Shown one piece after another: positions 1 through 11,931 of a stretch of DNA of 64,000 nucleotides; position 1 is the first letter of the stretch, and each line of letters starts with the position of its first letter. Below the pieces are notes generated by a model. That model was not told the origin of the DNA. It saw only the letters and a program-made list of their open reading frames with translations, and did not search any database. The DNA is taken from NCBI GenBank assembly GCA_026023565.1, contig JAPETS010000001.1, positions 434,001 to 498,000 on the forward strand, written 5' to 3'. A program made the position numbers and the translations under genes. The stretch comes from Cirrosporium novae-zelandiae. Lineage: Eukaryota.

Positions 1-1194
1 GACGATGATGATGACGATGATGGTAGTGGTGGTGAAGTGTGTGTCACATGGGTGGGGGGGGGGGGGGCTATGGAAGCAGTAGTGAGCAGAGAGCAGAGAA
101 CAGAAAGTAGAAGGCAATGGCATCATTATCCACTTTCCCGGTGTGGCTTATGTGACTATTATTGTGGGTGGCTAATGTCTAGCTATCTTCACGATAGCGC
201 CGCTAATGTTGTTCTTGTTGATGTTTTTTATATCTTCCTAGTCATCTGGGAACATTGGACCATTCCTGTTCCGTAGATGCCATGAAATATTCATTGGCTT
301 GGATTGAACGCCCGGTCTTGCTGGGTGCAAGTGTGTGTAGGACAAAATCCCAGAGATAGGATACTTAGGATACATAAGAATAGCTATCCAAGCAAATTGC
401 AAATAGTGACAAGCATCTAAACTTTGGCCTATCCCTGGCTCCCTCTCAAGATCAAGCCGGTGCCTTTTAACAGGCTGATAGAAGCCAATAATATCTGGGA
501 AAAATGCGAGAAGTGCGTCACTCGTCTGATGTCGTAGTTGGGTAGTTATCGAAAAAAAAAAGCAGGTTGGCGAGGTTGAAAACAACGCGTATTCATTCAT
601 TTATTGTCAACGATGTAGCAGTAGACCGTAGACCATGTCGTATGTATGTAATGAGAAAATTCTTGAATGCCAATAAACTACACATCATCCATCTCTCTTC
701 CTCTTCCGCCCGCCGCTTACCCTTTCTAAGCAATCGCCACTATCACTGTTCCGCTCTGTCCACTTCTCGCTCAAAAAATATTCCTACGACTGAATTCTTA
801 AAAAAAAAAAAAACTGTAACCTTCAACGCATCCCATTCCGGGCGAATTATCTTTCTTCTATACTCCACGTACCTTCGACAACGCTATCTCTTCCTACTAG
901 TCAGCTCGGCCTTTTCCCCGACATAATTCATGGCAAGCGAGAATATAGTTTTAGAACCAAATTCTTGATTGAACAACAGTGAGGCAAAGCTGGAAGGTGG
1001 CGTCTAAAGGCACACAAATCCAAGATCGAAGAGACGGTCAAGTACACACATTCATAGTGAAGGAAAATACCTGCGGTTACAGGCCGCCTTTTGAGGAATC
1101 TCTTCCCCCCCACCTACCGCATGTGGCAAGACATGCAAGAGCTGACATCTACAATTTACTCAATCTTCCACCTCTTCCAAACCACCTTTTCATC

Positions 1195-3279
1195 ATGGCC
1201 TCTGAAGAATCTGCTCCCACAGACATTGCCGTAGATGGCACCCCAGAATCTCCTTTACGCTCTCCAACCTCACCGGTTTCGCCAAAAATTCCTATCGATC
1301 TACCTCGTCTACCTTCTCTACGTTCGACATCTGATCCCGAAACAAGAAAGGGCATGACAATGTCCTCGACACCACTCGGAAATGTGAATGCTGCGAGACG
1401 CCCTCCAGCATCGTCACAACAATCGTCTTTTTTGAGGTCTGGTGGCGCATCTTTAGATGCTCTCGAACGCGCCAAAGCATATTCCCAATCAAGACAAGGT
1501 GTTCCAACACTACGAATGGGAGGATTTCCCCCACATGCCTTATCTACAAACCAAATCCCTTTACAATCTCCTCATACGCCAAATGGTCCTCTTGGTCCTG
1601 CCTTTGCATCTCCTGGGGGGATAAAACCTGGGCCGCCTGGGGGACCACTGATGGGAAGTGCTGGCGGTATCAGATTACCTCCGAATGCAAGGCCTTCACC
1701 GCAGAACTGGGCCTCTGCGCCGCAGTTACCAAATGCAAGGATGCCTCCAAAAATGGGAGGACTGGCAGCAAAAAGAGGGCTGAACCGAGGGTTGAAGTTG
1801 TCGGACATAGCTGGAAGCAACGACTCACCGCAGGACGGGGGGAAGGATACCGGTGCTGGCGACTCCAAGGACTCGAAAGATAAAGATGGTCCAATGGGAT
1901 CGGCTTTCAATAAATACTCGGAGTTTGTGGATACAAAAGCTGGAACCCTCAATTTCAAAAATAAGGCAGTTATACATGGAGGAGGAATTGACTTCAGTAG
2001 CGGTCAAAGTTTCAAAATATCCTTAGATGAGGTGCACACGCTGGATGAACTTGGCAAGGGCAATTATGGAACTGTCTACAAGGTCAGACATAGTCGGCCT
2101 CAAATGCGAGTGCCCGGCCAGGGTCTGAGAGGTAACCGAATGCCTTCAGCAACTTCGCATCCTGATGCCGCACCTATCGATGGTGAAAACCTATCGGATC
2201 AGATGGCCAATGCAACTATAACACCGCAGTCGAAAACACAGACTACGGGCGTTGTTATGGCTATGAAAGAGATCCGGCTGGAGCTCGATGAGTCAAAATT
2301 TGCTGCCATAATAATGGAGCTGGATATTTTGCATCGATGTGTTTCACCATTTATTGTCGATTTCTATGGGGCCTTTTTCCAGGAGGGGGCTGTCTACATA
2401 TGCATGGAGTTTATGGATGGTGGGTCGATTGATAAACTATACGGTGACGGGATACCGGAAGCTATTCTCAAAAAGATTACTCTGTCTACTGTTATGGGAC
2501 TGAAGTCGTTGAAAGAGGATCATAACATCATTCATCGTGATGTAAAACCTACTAATATTCTAGCCAATACTCGAGGTCAGATTAAAATCTGCGATTTTGG
2601 TGTTAGTGGGAATCTTGTTGCAAGTATCGCGAAAACGAATATTGGATGCCAAAGTTATATGGCCCCTGAAAGAATTTCCAGTGGAGGTATTGCACAGGCT
2701 GGAGCAAATCCCGGGGGTGGCACGTATAGCGTGCAGAGTGATATCTGGAGTCTTGGTTTAACGGTTATTGAATGTGCCATGGGAAGATATCCGTACCCCC
2801 CAGAGACTTACAACAACATCTTCAGCCAGCTCAGTGTATGTTCTTATCTCGAAGATTTCGATATATTCAAGTTTACTAACAAGCCACAGGCAATTGTCGA
2901 TGGAGATCCTCCGGATCTACCTGAAGAAGGATTCACCGATGTGGCGAAAGATTTCGTGCGCGGCTGCTTAAACAAAATACCCAATCTTCGACCTACCTAT
3001 GCTATGCTAGTACGACATGCCTGGCTATCTCCATTAATGAAACCTCCCACGATCTCAGAAGAAGACGAAGAGATCGAAGAACTTCCAGAAAACTCGCCAA
3101 CTGATGACACCGAAGACAAAGAAGTCGCGGAATGGGTTGTGGCTTCCCTAGAAAGGAGGAAGAACGGACAGATGGGCAAGTCAGAGAAACCAGCATTACA
3201 TGCTGCTCCTCTGGATGCAGTACCAAGTCCAAAAATCAATGATCCTGAGGCGTTGATAGGCCACGATTGGAAGCAATGA
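1195..3279 (+). CDS. PBS2: MAP kinase kinase of the HOG pathway (Pbs2/Wis1 orthologue); one intron 2836-2889
   Basis: Kinase motifs LGKGNYGTV, AMKE, HRDVKPTN, DFG, activation loop SIAKTNIGCQSYMAPE; N-terminal basic/LKL docking-like motif (KRGLNRGLKL). First ATG at 1195. Confidence 0.93.
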   Translation: MASEESAPTDIAVDGTPESPLRSPTSPVSPKIPIDLPRLPSLRSTSDPETRKGMTMSSTPLGNVNAARRPPASSQQSSFLRSGGASLDALERAKAYSQSRQGVPTLRMGGFPPHALSTNQIPLQSPHTPNGPLGPAFASPGGIKPGPPGGPLMGSAGGIRLPPNARPSPQNWASAPQLPNARMPPKMGGLAAKRGLNRGLKLSDIAGSNDSPQDGGKDTGAGDSKDSKDKDGPMGSAFNKYSEFVDTKAGTLNFKNKAVIHGGGIDFSSGQSFKISLDEVHTLDELGKGNYGTVYKVRHSRPQMRVPGQGLRGNRMPSATSHPDAAPIDGENLSDQMANATITPQSKTQTTGVVMAMKEIRLELDESKFAAIIMELDILHRCVSPFIVDFYGAFFQEGAVYICMEFMDGGSIDKLYGDGIPEAILKKITLSTVMGLKSLKEDHNIIHRDVKPTNILANTRGQIKICDFGVSGNLVASIAKTNIGCQSYMAPERISSGGIAQAGANPGGGTYSVQSDIWSLGLTVIECAMGRYPYPPETYNNIFSQLSVCSYLEDFDIFKFTNKPQAIVDGDPPDLPEEGFTDVAKDFVRGCLNKIPNLRPTYAMLVRHAWLSPLMKPPTISEEDEEIEELPENSPTDDTEDKEVAEWVVASLERRKNGQMGKSEKPALHAAPLDAVPSPKINDPEALIGHDWKQ

Positions 3280-4032
3280 GGGAAATAATAAACATCTTCG
3301 CAGGCTTGTATTATATGCGGAAAAGAAAGTTTCATTGCACCACCTCCCACTCCTTGGACTCTTATACACACATACAGTACACACCCCGACTCGATCGAGA
3401 AGGAATGAGATTACACAAAATGAAGATCAATAGTATTATTGTCAAGGCATCATCACTGCCTACCTCCCAACCTTAGTCCTAGTCTCAATCACTCCTTCCA
3501 ATGTACGATGATGGCTTTATTTGTTTGGTTGACTACAATGTTAGATAAGCTTTGCTCGTAATATTCAATTGACGATTCACAGAATGGAAGAAGGGAAGGA
3601 GGGAAGGAGGGAGGAATGGAGTCGATTCGATCAAAGACGGATGAAATGGACAGATCAGTTGGGTGGACTGGATGGATGGACACAACGGATGGAATGGAAT
3701 GGGCTGGGATGGAAATAGATGATTTCAAAACGTGATCAAAATAGCTTTTATATACAAAGGAGTATGCTGCCCCCGATTGCAAACGAATAAATTAAACATA
3801 CATGTTAATAGTGGATTGTTAGATGGATAAATGGATGAAGAAAAAAGGGGGTTTCCTAGGCTTTCTTTTAGGGGTATGAGTATGTGTATCTAAACGCTTA
3901 GTAGAATACTCGAGTGAATCCAACAGAACGACACGAATTTTTTTTTCTCCCTTTTGATGATCCATGAAACAAAAAGCATGCATAACCTCCCCCTTGAAGA
4001 TTTCTCTCTCTCTCTTTCTCCCCCCAAACATA

Positions 4033-6676
4033 TCAAACCCGACACATCCTTCCATCACCATCATCATCATCATCATCCTCATCCTCATCCCCAACAACCC
4101 AAACCTCGCTTCCAACAGCCTTGAGATTATAGAATAGGCTTTCCGGGTCGTAGGCTTGTTTTATCTTGAGTAGGGTTTTGTAGTTTTTGAGGCCGTAGAA
4201 AAGGCGTTGCCAATCCTGTTAGGGGGGGGAGGGTGGTTATTTTGGTAGTTATTGGTTGGTGATGGTTTGGGTTTGGGGGGAGGGAGATGAAGGGGATGGG
4301 GATTGGGGGGGGAGTGGGGGTGTTTGCGTACGGGTTGGTTGAAGTCGGCCTGGGGTGGGGTTAGCGGGTTTGTAGATGTGTTGGGGTTTAGTGGATTTGT
4401 TGGGGTATGTGTGTGTGTGTATGTATGTGAAGTGTGAGGTGTGGGGCTTTGGATATGGTGAGTGTAAGGAGGGTAAGGGGATAAGAAGGGGTTTAGGATT
4501 ATTTGGTTCTGGCTATGTGTCGTACCGGTAGGGCGGGCGATAAAAAAATGATGAGAGAATATAATAATAATAGAATAGAATACAATAACAACACTATAAT
4601 AATGAATAGTGGTGTCGCAGGGCTAAGCTAACTGGCTTTGCGAGAGGTATAGCTAAACACACACACAAACATACACACTATGAAAAAAAAAACCTTACAT
4701 ACCTCATTACCATAAGACCCCTGCTCCTCATCCCCCTCGGGACTTAGAGCCTGAAGTCTAGGTACCAATTCGTCTGTGATTGTTTTTTGTTGGTGTAGGA
4801 TTTTGCTCCATGGGGATGTGTTGTTCCAAGGTCTGTAGAGGTGGGGGTCAGTTGGTTGGTTAGGAGAGAGGATAGGAAGGGGGGAAAGTGAACGTACAAA
4901 GTTATAATGGCAACTATTTGGGCGGTTCGCCATGCGGGGAGGACGGCATTGAACGTGATTGCATCATCATCATCAGGGTGGCTATGGTGGTCATGGCCAA
5001 CGTCCAAACCCACCCCAATAAACGTGCCGCCATGCCGTACAACATTTCGAATAGCAGCCGTCACGCCTTCACTATTCTCCTCAACTGCCGACTTCGGAAT
5101 CAACCAGCCCCCATTTTGGAACTCCCCGATCTGGAATTCAGAGAACATGGAGTTGTAAAACGAAAGGTAGTTTGGGAATTCCTGAATGCTGAGACTGTAA
5201 TTTACATTTCTGCGTTTAAGACCATTGGTGAATGGCGAGAGGAGGCTTACTACGGTGGTGGCGTTGGAGCCGGGGAACGCGAGGGGGGTTAATGCGAACG
5301 TGGTGTTTGTGACGTAGTAGACGAGAGTGCCGTTTGCGGCGGTGAGGCTGGGCATCACCTTGTGCCAGAGACCGACAAGTTCATAGTAGAACTCCTCGTT
5401 CATATCTGCGAGATCGAAGTCCAAAGACACCCCCGTCGTTATGGGTGGATCCTCATGGGCCCTGACGGTGAGCGACACCGCAACGGCATAAGCTCCCGCA
5501 CCGCCGCCGCTCATCGCCCAATACAAATCTCGATTGTGGGTGCTGGATGCCGTCGCGAAACTCCCGTTCGCCAACACGACTTCCCATTCCAGCGTCTGGT
5601 CGGCTGCGAGTCCGTACTTGGAACTCAGGGGGGAGTGTCCACCCCCCTGTGTGTAGCCGCCCGCGAGACCGACCGTTTGGCATGCGCCGCCTATGATGAT
5701 TTTATTTTGTGAGGAGGCGAAGGCATAGGCTTCGCGGACTTGGACGCCGGCTCCTAGTTTGAAGGCCGGGCCTGTGTAGACGGGGGAGGTGTAGGTGAGG
5801 AAGGAGATGGCGTTTAGGTGGTGGGTCCAGATTCCGAGGGAGTAGGCTCTGTTTGGTAGGTTGTTTGGGTTAGCTAGAGTTGTATTTACTTGTACTATAA
5901 TATGGGCTGGATATTTCTTGAAGATAGGGTTGGGGAGCTGAGTGTGATATGTTAGGGATGATTTCTTTTAAGCGGAATAGGGGTTAGATGGATTGGGTTT
6001 TTGTAATCATTGTATTAGGGGGGAAAGATGATTTTTGAAGTTATTAAATAGGTAAGCATTCTGCAAGACTGTAATATACCCTGTAGATCTCCCTAAATAG
6101 TCATGTCCCGTATTACGAATGACTAGGCGGATATTATTCTCCTTCGCAAACCGAACCCCGGCAGCAATATCAGCGGCTCCGGAGGCATTAATAGCATAAT
6201 CTAGACCATCAATATAAAAAATACAGTCACAATATATAGTAGTTAGTTTATGTATAGGGGAGTAACGTACTAACGTAATTTCCCAGCGTGCAAGGAACAT
6301 TGGCTGGAGTGAACGGGTCACAGCTCCGGTGTGCAAAAAAGGGTGCCATGATTGAAGAGGATGATAATTCGTGGAGGGAGGGGTCCATCCATCGCGATTG
6401 GAGGTGGGAGCATTCTATCTTATTGTAGAATGGTTCGTGGCAGGCCTGTCCTAGGGGAATTGTAGCGACAAGTCTCCCTTGGACGGTTTGGTTGAGAGCT
6501 CTCCATTTTGCATCAGAGGGCCAGCATGAATCCCCAGGGATGCATTTGCATCGGGGACAGATTGTGTTTGAAGGGCTAGAGAAGACGTCTAAGAGATGAG
6601 TTTGCAATGAGCCGGGAACGTGGCCGAATATTATTGTAAGAGTTAGGAGGAAGTAGTAATAGTAGATGAAAATCAT
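4033..6676 (-). CDS. Secreted FAD-linked oxidoreductase (berberine-bridge-enzyme/VAO family), multi-exon
   Basis: Hydrophobic N-terminus; CKCIPGDSCWPS; RNTGHDYLGRS (covalent FAD His); CQTVGLAGGYTQGGGHSPLSSKYGLAADQ; BBE C-terminus SYGNE|ADFNQP|DWQRLFYG..KQAYDPESLFY; stop at 4033-4035. Confidence 0.88.
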
Positions 6677-7146
6677 TTGAGCAAAATGAAACAGTGGTTA
6701 GTAGTAAGCTTAGCAATGAGGGAAATAAAACTAATATGAGGGTTAAATAGCGAGTCAATGATGATGTTGGTACGATGGAGGATGAATCAAGTTCCATTCT
6801 CCAGGTGTTGGTGTGGCGGTGGATTTACACAAGTATTGGATATGCAGACAGAAAATGAAATGCAAGGTCCTCCTCGTTGGGATACATGCTGTATACCTAT
6901 TGTTTAAAGCCCATTGGATGAAGGCCAAGAATATCAAAGCCGAAAGGATGCAGTTTGTACGAGTGCACTGAAATGGATACTGATAACACTAGTCGTCACC
7001 ACACCAAACCACTCGAAGTAATCTCCAGAGGTAGAGGCCTCTCTCGGCCGACTACTTGCTGTTCGGAAGCTGAACATCCATCATTTCCAAGATCATCCCT
7101 TTGATGATAAGTACAGTTAATATCTTATAATGCCCCTCCAACCGCC

Positions 7147-9309
7147 ATGACAACTACAACTAAAGCTCGACCGAAGTCGCTTCAGCTTGACCTGCCAGAT
7201 GGCACACAAACTCCCCCCATTGTCGCCGCCTTTTTGATTGTCTTTGATAATCGGGCCGGGTAAGCCTCCCATCGCGTCACCCAAGGAGCTTTAAACGCTG
7301 ACTTCTAGCTAGGTACACAATCGCATGGAAACGTTCAATTCCCAACGGTGCGTTTTGCTTTTAATTCGCATCGGGAATCAAATCGTCTAACGGTGTTTAC
7401 AGTCGAAATTGATGGTGTTGTCGAATTTAGATCGTTGCCTTCGGGTCTTCATAACGTGTCGAAGGATCTTGTGTATGTTTGGGAAAATCCTCTTTGACTT
7501 TGAGCCGAGATCTCATGTTTTATTTAGATATTTTATCCATGAGAACTATGCCGGGATTAGTGCTTTCGTGAACAACCCTGCCTCCGAGTCCGAACGGAAT
7601 GCTCTTATGCTAGCAGTCGGGGTCCTTGTCCCCTTGAGCTATGGCCGACTTGGGAGAAGCTGGCGACACGCTGAAGGGATAAAAAAACTTGCCAAGTATG
7701 TGTTGAACCAAAGCGACTTTGAAGTTTGATCGACGAGATTGACTGGATATTTACTAGACAACTGGGATCGGACCTCACCAACAAGGAGCCTCTAGAAAAA
7801 TATTGGCAGAGGCATGCGCTACATGAAGATGAAGGAGAAGAAGAAGCAGCGCCAGCATCGCCTGTTGACTCTCCCTCTCCAGCAAATATCAAATTCAAGC
7901 CGGTGAAGAGATCCATGAATGGAGCTCATCGGGCGTGGACCATGTCTGATTCGACCACCTTGCCCAGGCCACCTCCACGACTTTTCCCTCATCATCCGGC
8001 GCTTTCTTTACCCGACTTTGTGAATACCTTTGGTCCTTTGATCTTCCCGATATACAAGGCCGCCTTGCTGCGGCAACGGATACTGCTGGTCACTCCAGCT
8101 CCGGTGGAGCTTTCTTGTAATTTTGGTAGGCTTTTGGTTTTCTAATGTACTCGTGGAATCCTGAGACTAATCTGCTCTTAAGTGTACGACATTTCTATTC
8201 TTTCTAATATACCCCGCTCAGCATATGATGTACTACCACATAATTTCCGCTCATCTCGAATACGGCCCCTCTTCTCTATCGGGGTGCACGATATTCCTCT
8301 CCTTGAACAGGAAGCTCAAAAGAAATCGAATAGCCCGACGAGCGCATCGCATGATGAAGATTCTAACATTGGCTGGATAGCATGCACAACAGATGACGTT
8401 CTTACTATGAAACAAGGACTCTACGATCTTGTCATTACCATGCCCCCTCCTCATGCTGATCGTGCCGCTTCTAAAGTCTGGCCGCAAGCATCCTCTTCCC
8501 CAGCCAATACTCCTGTTAGGGCCACGCAACGTGACCTACGTCGATATCTTACATTCTGTCGGGGTTTACATCGCATACAGCAAAAGAATGAACAGCCGTT
8601 CCAGGATTCCGACGAGGATAATGAACTATCGCACAATGATGAAGATGATAACGTTCCTCTGCTTCAACGCCAGTCGACGGATAACCCCCGTCCCTCGTCT
8701 CACGATGATAATGAACCTACGCAACTGTCTCTAACGTCCTCCATGGACCCTGGTCTAATTGAACCCATGTCCTGGTCGCTTCTAGTCTATGACTCCTTCA
8801 TGTGGTGGGCGTCCGCCGGCGAGAAACGTTCGGATCTAGCGGAGGAGGAAACCCAAGACGCCTCACTGCTAACCGATTTCAATGCGCCAACTCCCTCACC
8901 ACCATCTTCACCAGTAATCAGACGTTCCTCCTCAGCCGGCTCACAACAACGACAACAAGAAGGCGCAGCCTCCTCCACCTCCAAGAAACCAAAACCCAGA
9001 CCCCTCTTCGGCCCAAGTCTCGAAATGGCCATCGTCGCCTACTTCCACCGCTGGACAATGCTAATCCTAACCACCCTCGCCGAGCTACTAGACGCCGCAG
9101 ATAGCGACTCGGACGAAGCCGCCATCAGATCCGACGACGATGATGATGGCGAGGTGGTGTACATCGAAAGCGAGGATCTCGTACAGATGGGCCTGGATCC
9201 ATGGAGCGAAAGCGATAGAAAGTTTGTTGAGGACGCAATTGCGATTTTTTGGGAACGGGAGGGCCGCGTGAGGGGTCGGAGGGTCGAGTGCTGTGGGTTG
9301 CGGATTTGA
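7147..9309 (+). CDS. DENN-like protein (DUF2347/DUF4484, Anr2/LCHN-DENND11 type), multi-exon
   Basis: Spliced N-terminus PPIVAAFLIVFDNRAGYTIAWKRS..EFRSLPSGLH..YFIHENYAG; HPALSLPDFVNTFGPLIFPIYKAALLRQRIL; C-terminal MGLDPWSESDRKFV..ECCGLRI. Confidence 0.75.
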
Positions 9310-9763
9310 TTGATGTGTCTGGATAATATGACGTATCATAACATGGCAAGCAGGCAGGCAGAAGAAGAAGAAGAGTATGGGAACTGGTTTTATTTATTTG
9401 TTATTCAAGAAATATGGAATGAAAATGAAATGAAAATGTAAACGGTGAATGGGGGGGCATATCTCCTAAAAAGGGGTTCTTCCTCCCCTTCTTTTTCTTT
9501 GACCTTTCGACCTCCCTATAGTATATCTAACATCTAACAATTAACATCTATATAACTAATTAGTGCCAGTAATGATGTTTGGCCCTCTCTATCACCTAAG
9601 CTAAACGAACAACAAAACGAGAATCTGCATTTCCGCATTTCTCTAGATCTCGTTCGGTTCGGTTCGGTTCGGATGTATCAAGTCCATGCCCATGTCTATA
9701 TCATTTGTTTATTTATTTATTTGTTTGTTTCTATTCACAGTATATTTATGTTTATTCAATTCT

Positions 9764-9807
9764 ATGCCTATGCCTATGCCTATGCCTATGCCTATGCCTA
9801 TGCTTAT
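9764..9807. repeat. (CTATGC)n hexanucleotide microsatellite
   Basis: About 7 tandem copies seen directly; these produce the spurious YAYAYA/MPMPMP ORFs. Confidence 0.9.
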
Positions 9808-10145
9808 GCAATGCTGTTTTATGTCCCCCTCCCCATCCCCCCTGGGCCCCCCGGTAACCCCTCCCCGCGGAGGCCCCCGCCCTTCCACTAAACAAAAGGA
9901 AGGAGTTACCCCCCCACCTTTCTCACCTCCCCAATTCAATAAAAAAAGAGTCTATACTATATCTATATTATTATCTATGCATCCATGTTGGTTCTACTAC
10001 AGTACAACATGGATGGTATGTATGCAATGGGGTCTATCTATCTCTATCCGTCTAATATAAAAAAAAAACAACCCCCCCCGGCCGGTTTGGTTGGTTGGTT
10101 CTATATCTATCGTTTTTGACGGTGGCGGTGGTGGTAGTTGTGTTT

Positions 10146-11370
10146 TTATGCTTTTGAGAGCTCGACGCCTCCGGTTGCGCCTAGGGCTTTTTTGATGTCG
10201 CCTGTTTGGAGGAGGGTTAGTGTGTGTGATTAAAAAAAAAAGTCGATTGTGATTGAAAAAATTTTTGATTATTATTTTTGAGAGAGAGGACTTACCATAT
10301 ATAGCAAACTGGCCTGCGGTGATTAATCCCACAAGGAATAGACGTGTCCCAATTCCGGAATAGCTGCCTTTTAATCCGAGTTCCTTTGCGATCTTGATGA
10401 GACGGCTGGTTGTTCCCTCGCCGGGCAGACCCTTGGTCTTGTTGATCTTGCTGAGCATGGTGTCGGCGGGCTGGGAGACGATGGCGGCCGCGAAACCAGC
10501 GATGAGACCGGAACCGAGATTAATACCGGTTTGCAGCGAGCCAGATGCCGTCGCCTTGTCAACCTGGCCGTAGATCATCTCCGAAACCTTCTCGTAAACA
10601 ACGAATTTGGCCATGGTGTAAGGAACCCTTTGAAATGATTAGCATCTCCATACCTTTCTCATGGGTGACGTGAAGTCAAGGGTATGTACGCACTGTTTGA
10701 AGAGGATGGGTCCGAAACCAGAGTAGAAAGCGCCGAGACCCTCGGTGGAGGCAATCTTACCAAATCCCCCAATCAAACCATTGGCGAAAGAAGGCTCCGC
10801 GACGAGACGAATACGTGTAGCTTCAAGAGGGCAAAGGGCGATATCGGCCATGAACTCGGCGCATGCGGACGAGGCGAGGTAGACGGCGGTCCTGTTTTGC
10901 GATGCCGTCTCATAGCCTAGAAGACTGATGGATTGCTGCTTGAAGAATTCATATCCACCGAACTTGAATGCACCTTGGAGGAAGTAACCCGCTGCGGTAG
11001 GACCAAAGCCCGTCAGTAGAGCGCCAGCACCCTCGCTTGCGATAACCTGTTTGAAACCTCCAACCATGCCACGGTTGTAGGTGACAGGGTCCAACTGAAT
11101 ACGGGTCTTAACACTACATCAAGGAATGCTGTTAGTATCTACCACAAACGGATTAATCCTCTTGGGGGGAGGGGGTAAATGGTCGAGCGGAATGGCCAGA
11201 CGTCAAAAAATATCCAGAAAAGAAAGAAAAAAGAAAGAAAAAACGTACACGTCAACTGGAGTGAGGGCGCCATGAGTAACAGAACAGCAGACAGCACCGG
11301 CGAGAGCAAATCTCGAGTATAATCCTACACCGCTGAGTTTCTCTTGAGATTTTGACTGGAGAAGAGCCAT
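10146..11370 (-). CDS. MIR1: Mitochondrial phosphate carrier
   Basis: [69 protein letters not shown] carrier signatures. Last exon [18 protein letters not shown]. Confidence 0.93.
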
Positions 11371-11931
11371 TTTGAAGGACAAAAATTGTGAGAGGAGAGT
11401 GGAGGGGGGGGTTTTTTTTGGAGGGGAGAGTTGTTGATGGTTATGATAAACCTGGTTCTGCTGAAAATAGATGAAGTGCTGAGAGGAGATGGTGAGATTT
11501 CTGAGCTGAGACAATTGAGGGTTGTTGGGAGGCTGAAAGCTTCTCCTTTTGGTATGCGAAAATTTTTAGGAAACCTGGTAACCTTAATTTGCCGACATCC
11601 ATCTCTGCAGAGAATGGCGGTCTTGGGTCACATCCTATACCTATCATCTTAGATATATTCTTGAATCTTGATATTCCATTGGGGGGTTGGATATATTAAT
11701 TAATCTACCTAATTGGGGGGAAATCCCCGCATCTCACAATTTTCCAAACATCTCGTCGCTCGCTATAAGAAAACTGGACTAAGGGACTACCTTATCTTCA
11801 TGACCCAAGTACATAAGACGATATTTCATAATTCCATCTCTCAAAATCTCGCAAAGCGCTTGCTCAAGCGCTAGCATAATCAATTCATGGCTTCATGTTC
11901 CTCCATAACTCCTGTCATTCAGCGTATAACC

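Noticed and set aside
1..930. Short ORFs at the window start
   Set aside because: Low-complexity or promoter/UTR-like sequence with no recognisable domains.
979..1194. N-terminal extension of the PBS2 ORF from GTG 979
   Set aside because: Non-ATG start from the ORF caller; first ATG in good context is at 1195.
4033..6676. FAD oxidase as part of a secondary-metabolite cluster
   Set aside because: No PKS, NRPS, terpene synthase or other tailoring genes nearby; neighbours are housekeeping genes.
9673..10060. ORFs with YAYAYA/MPMPMP/IGIGIG repeats
   Set aside because: Translations of a (CTATGC)n microsatellite between convergent genes.
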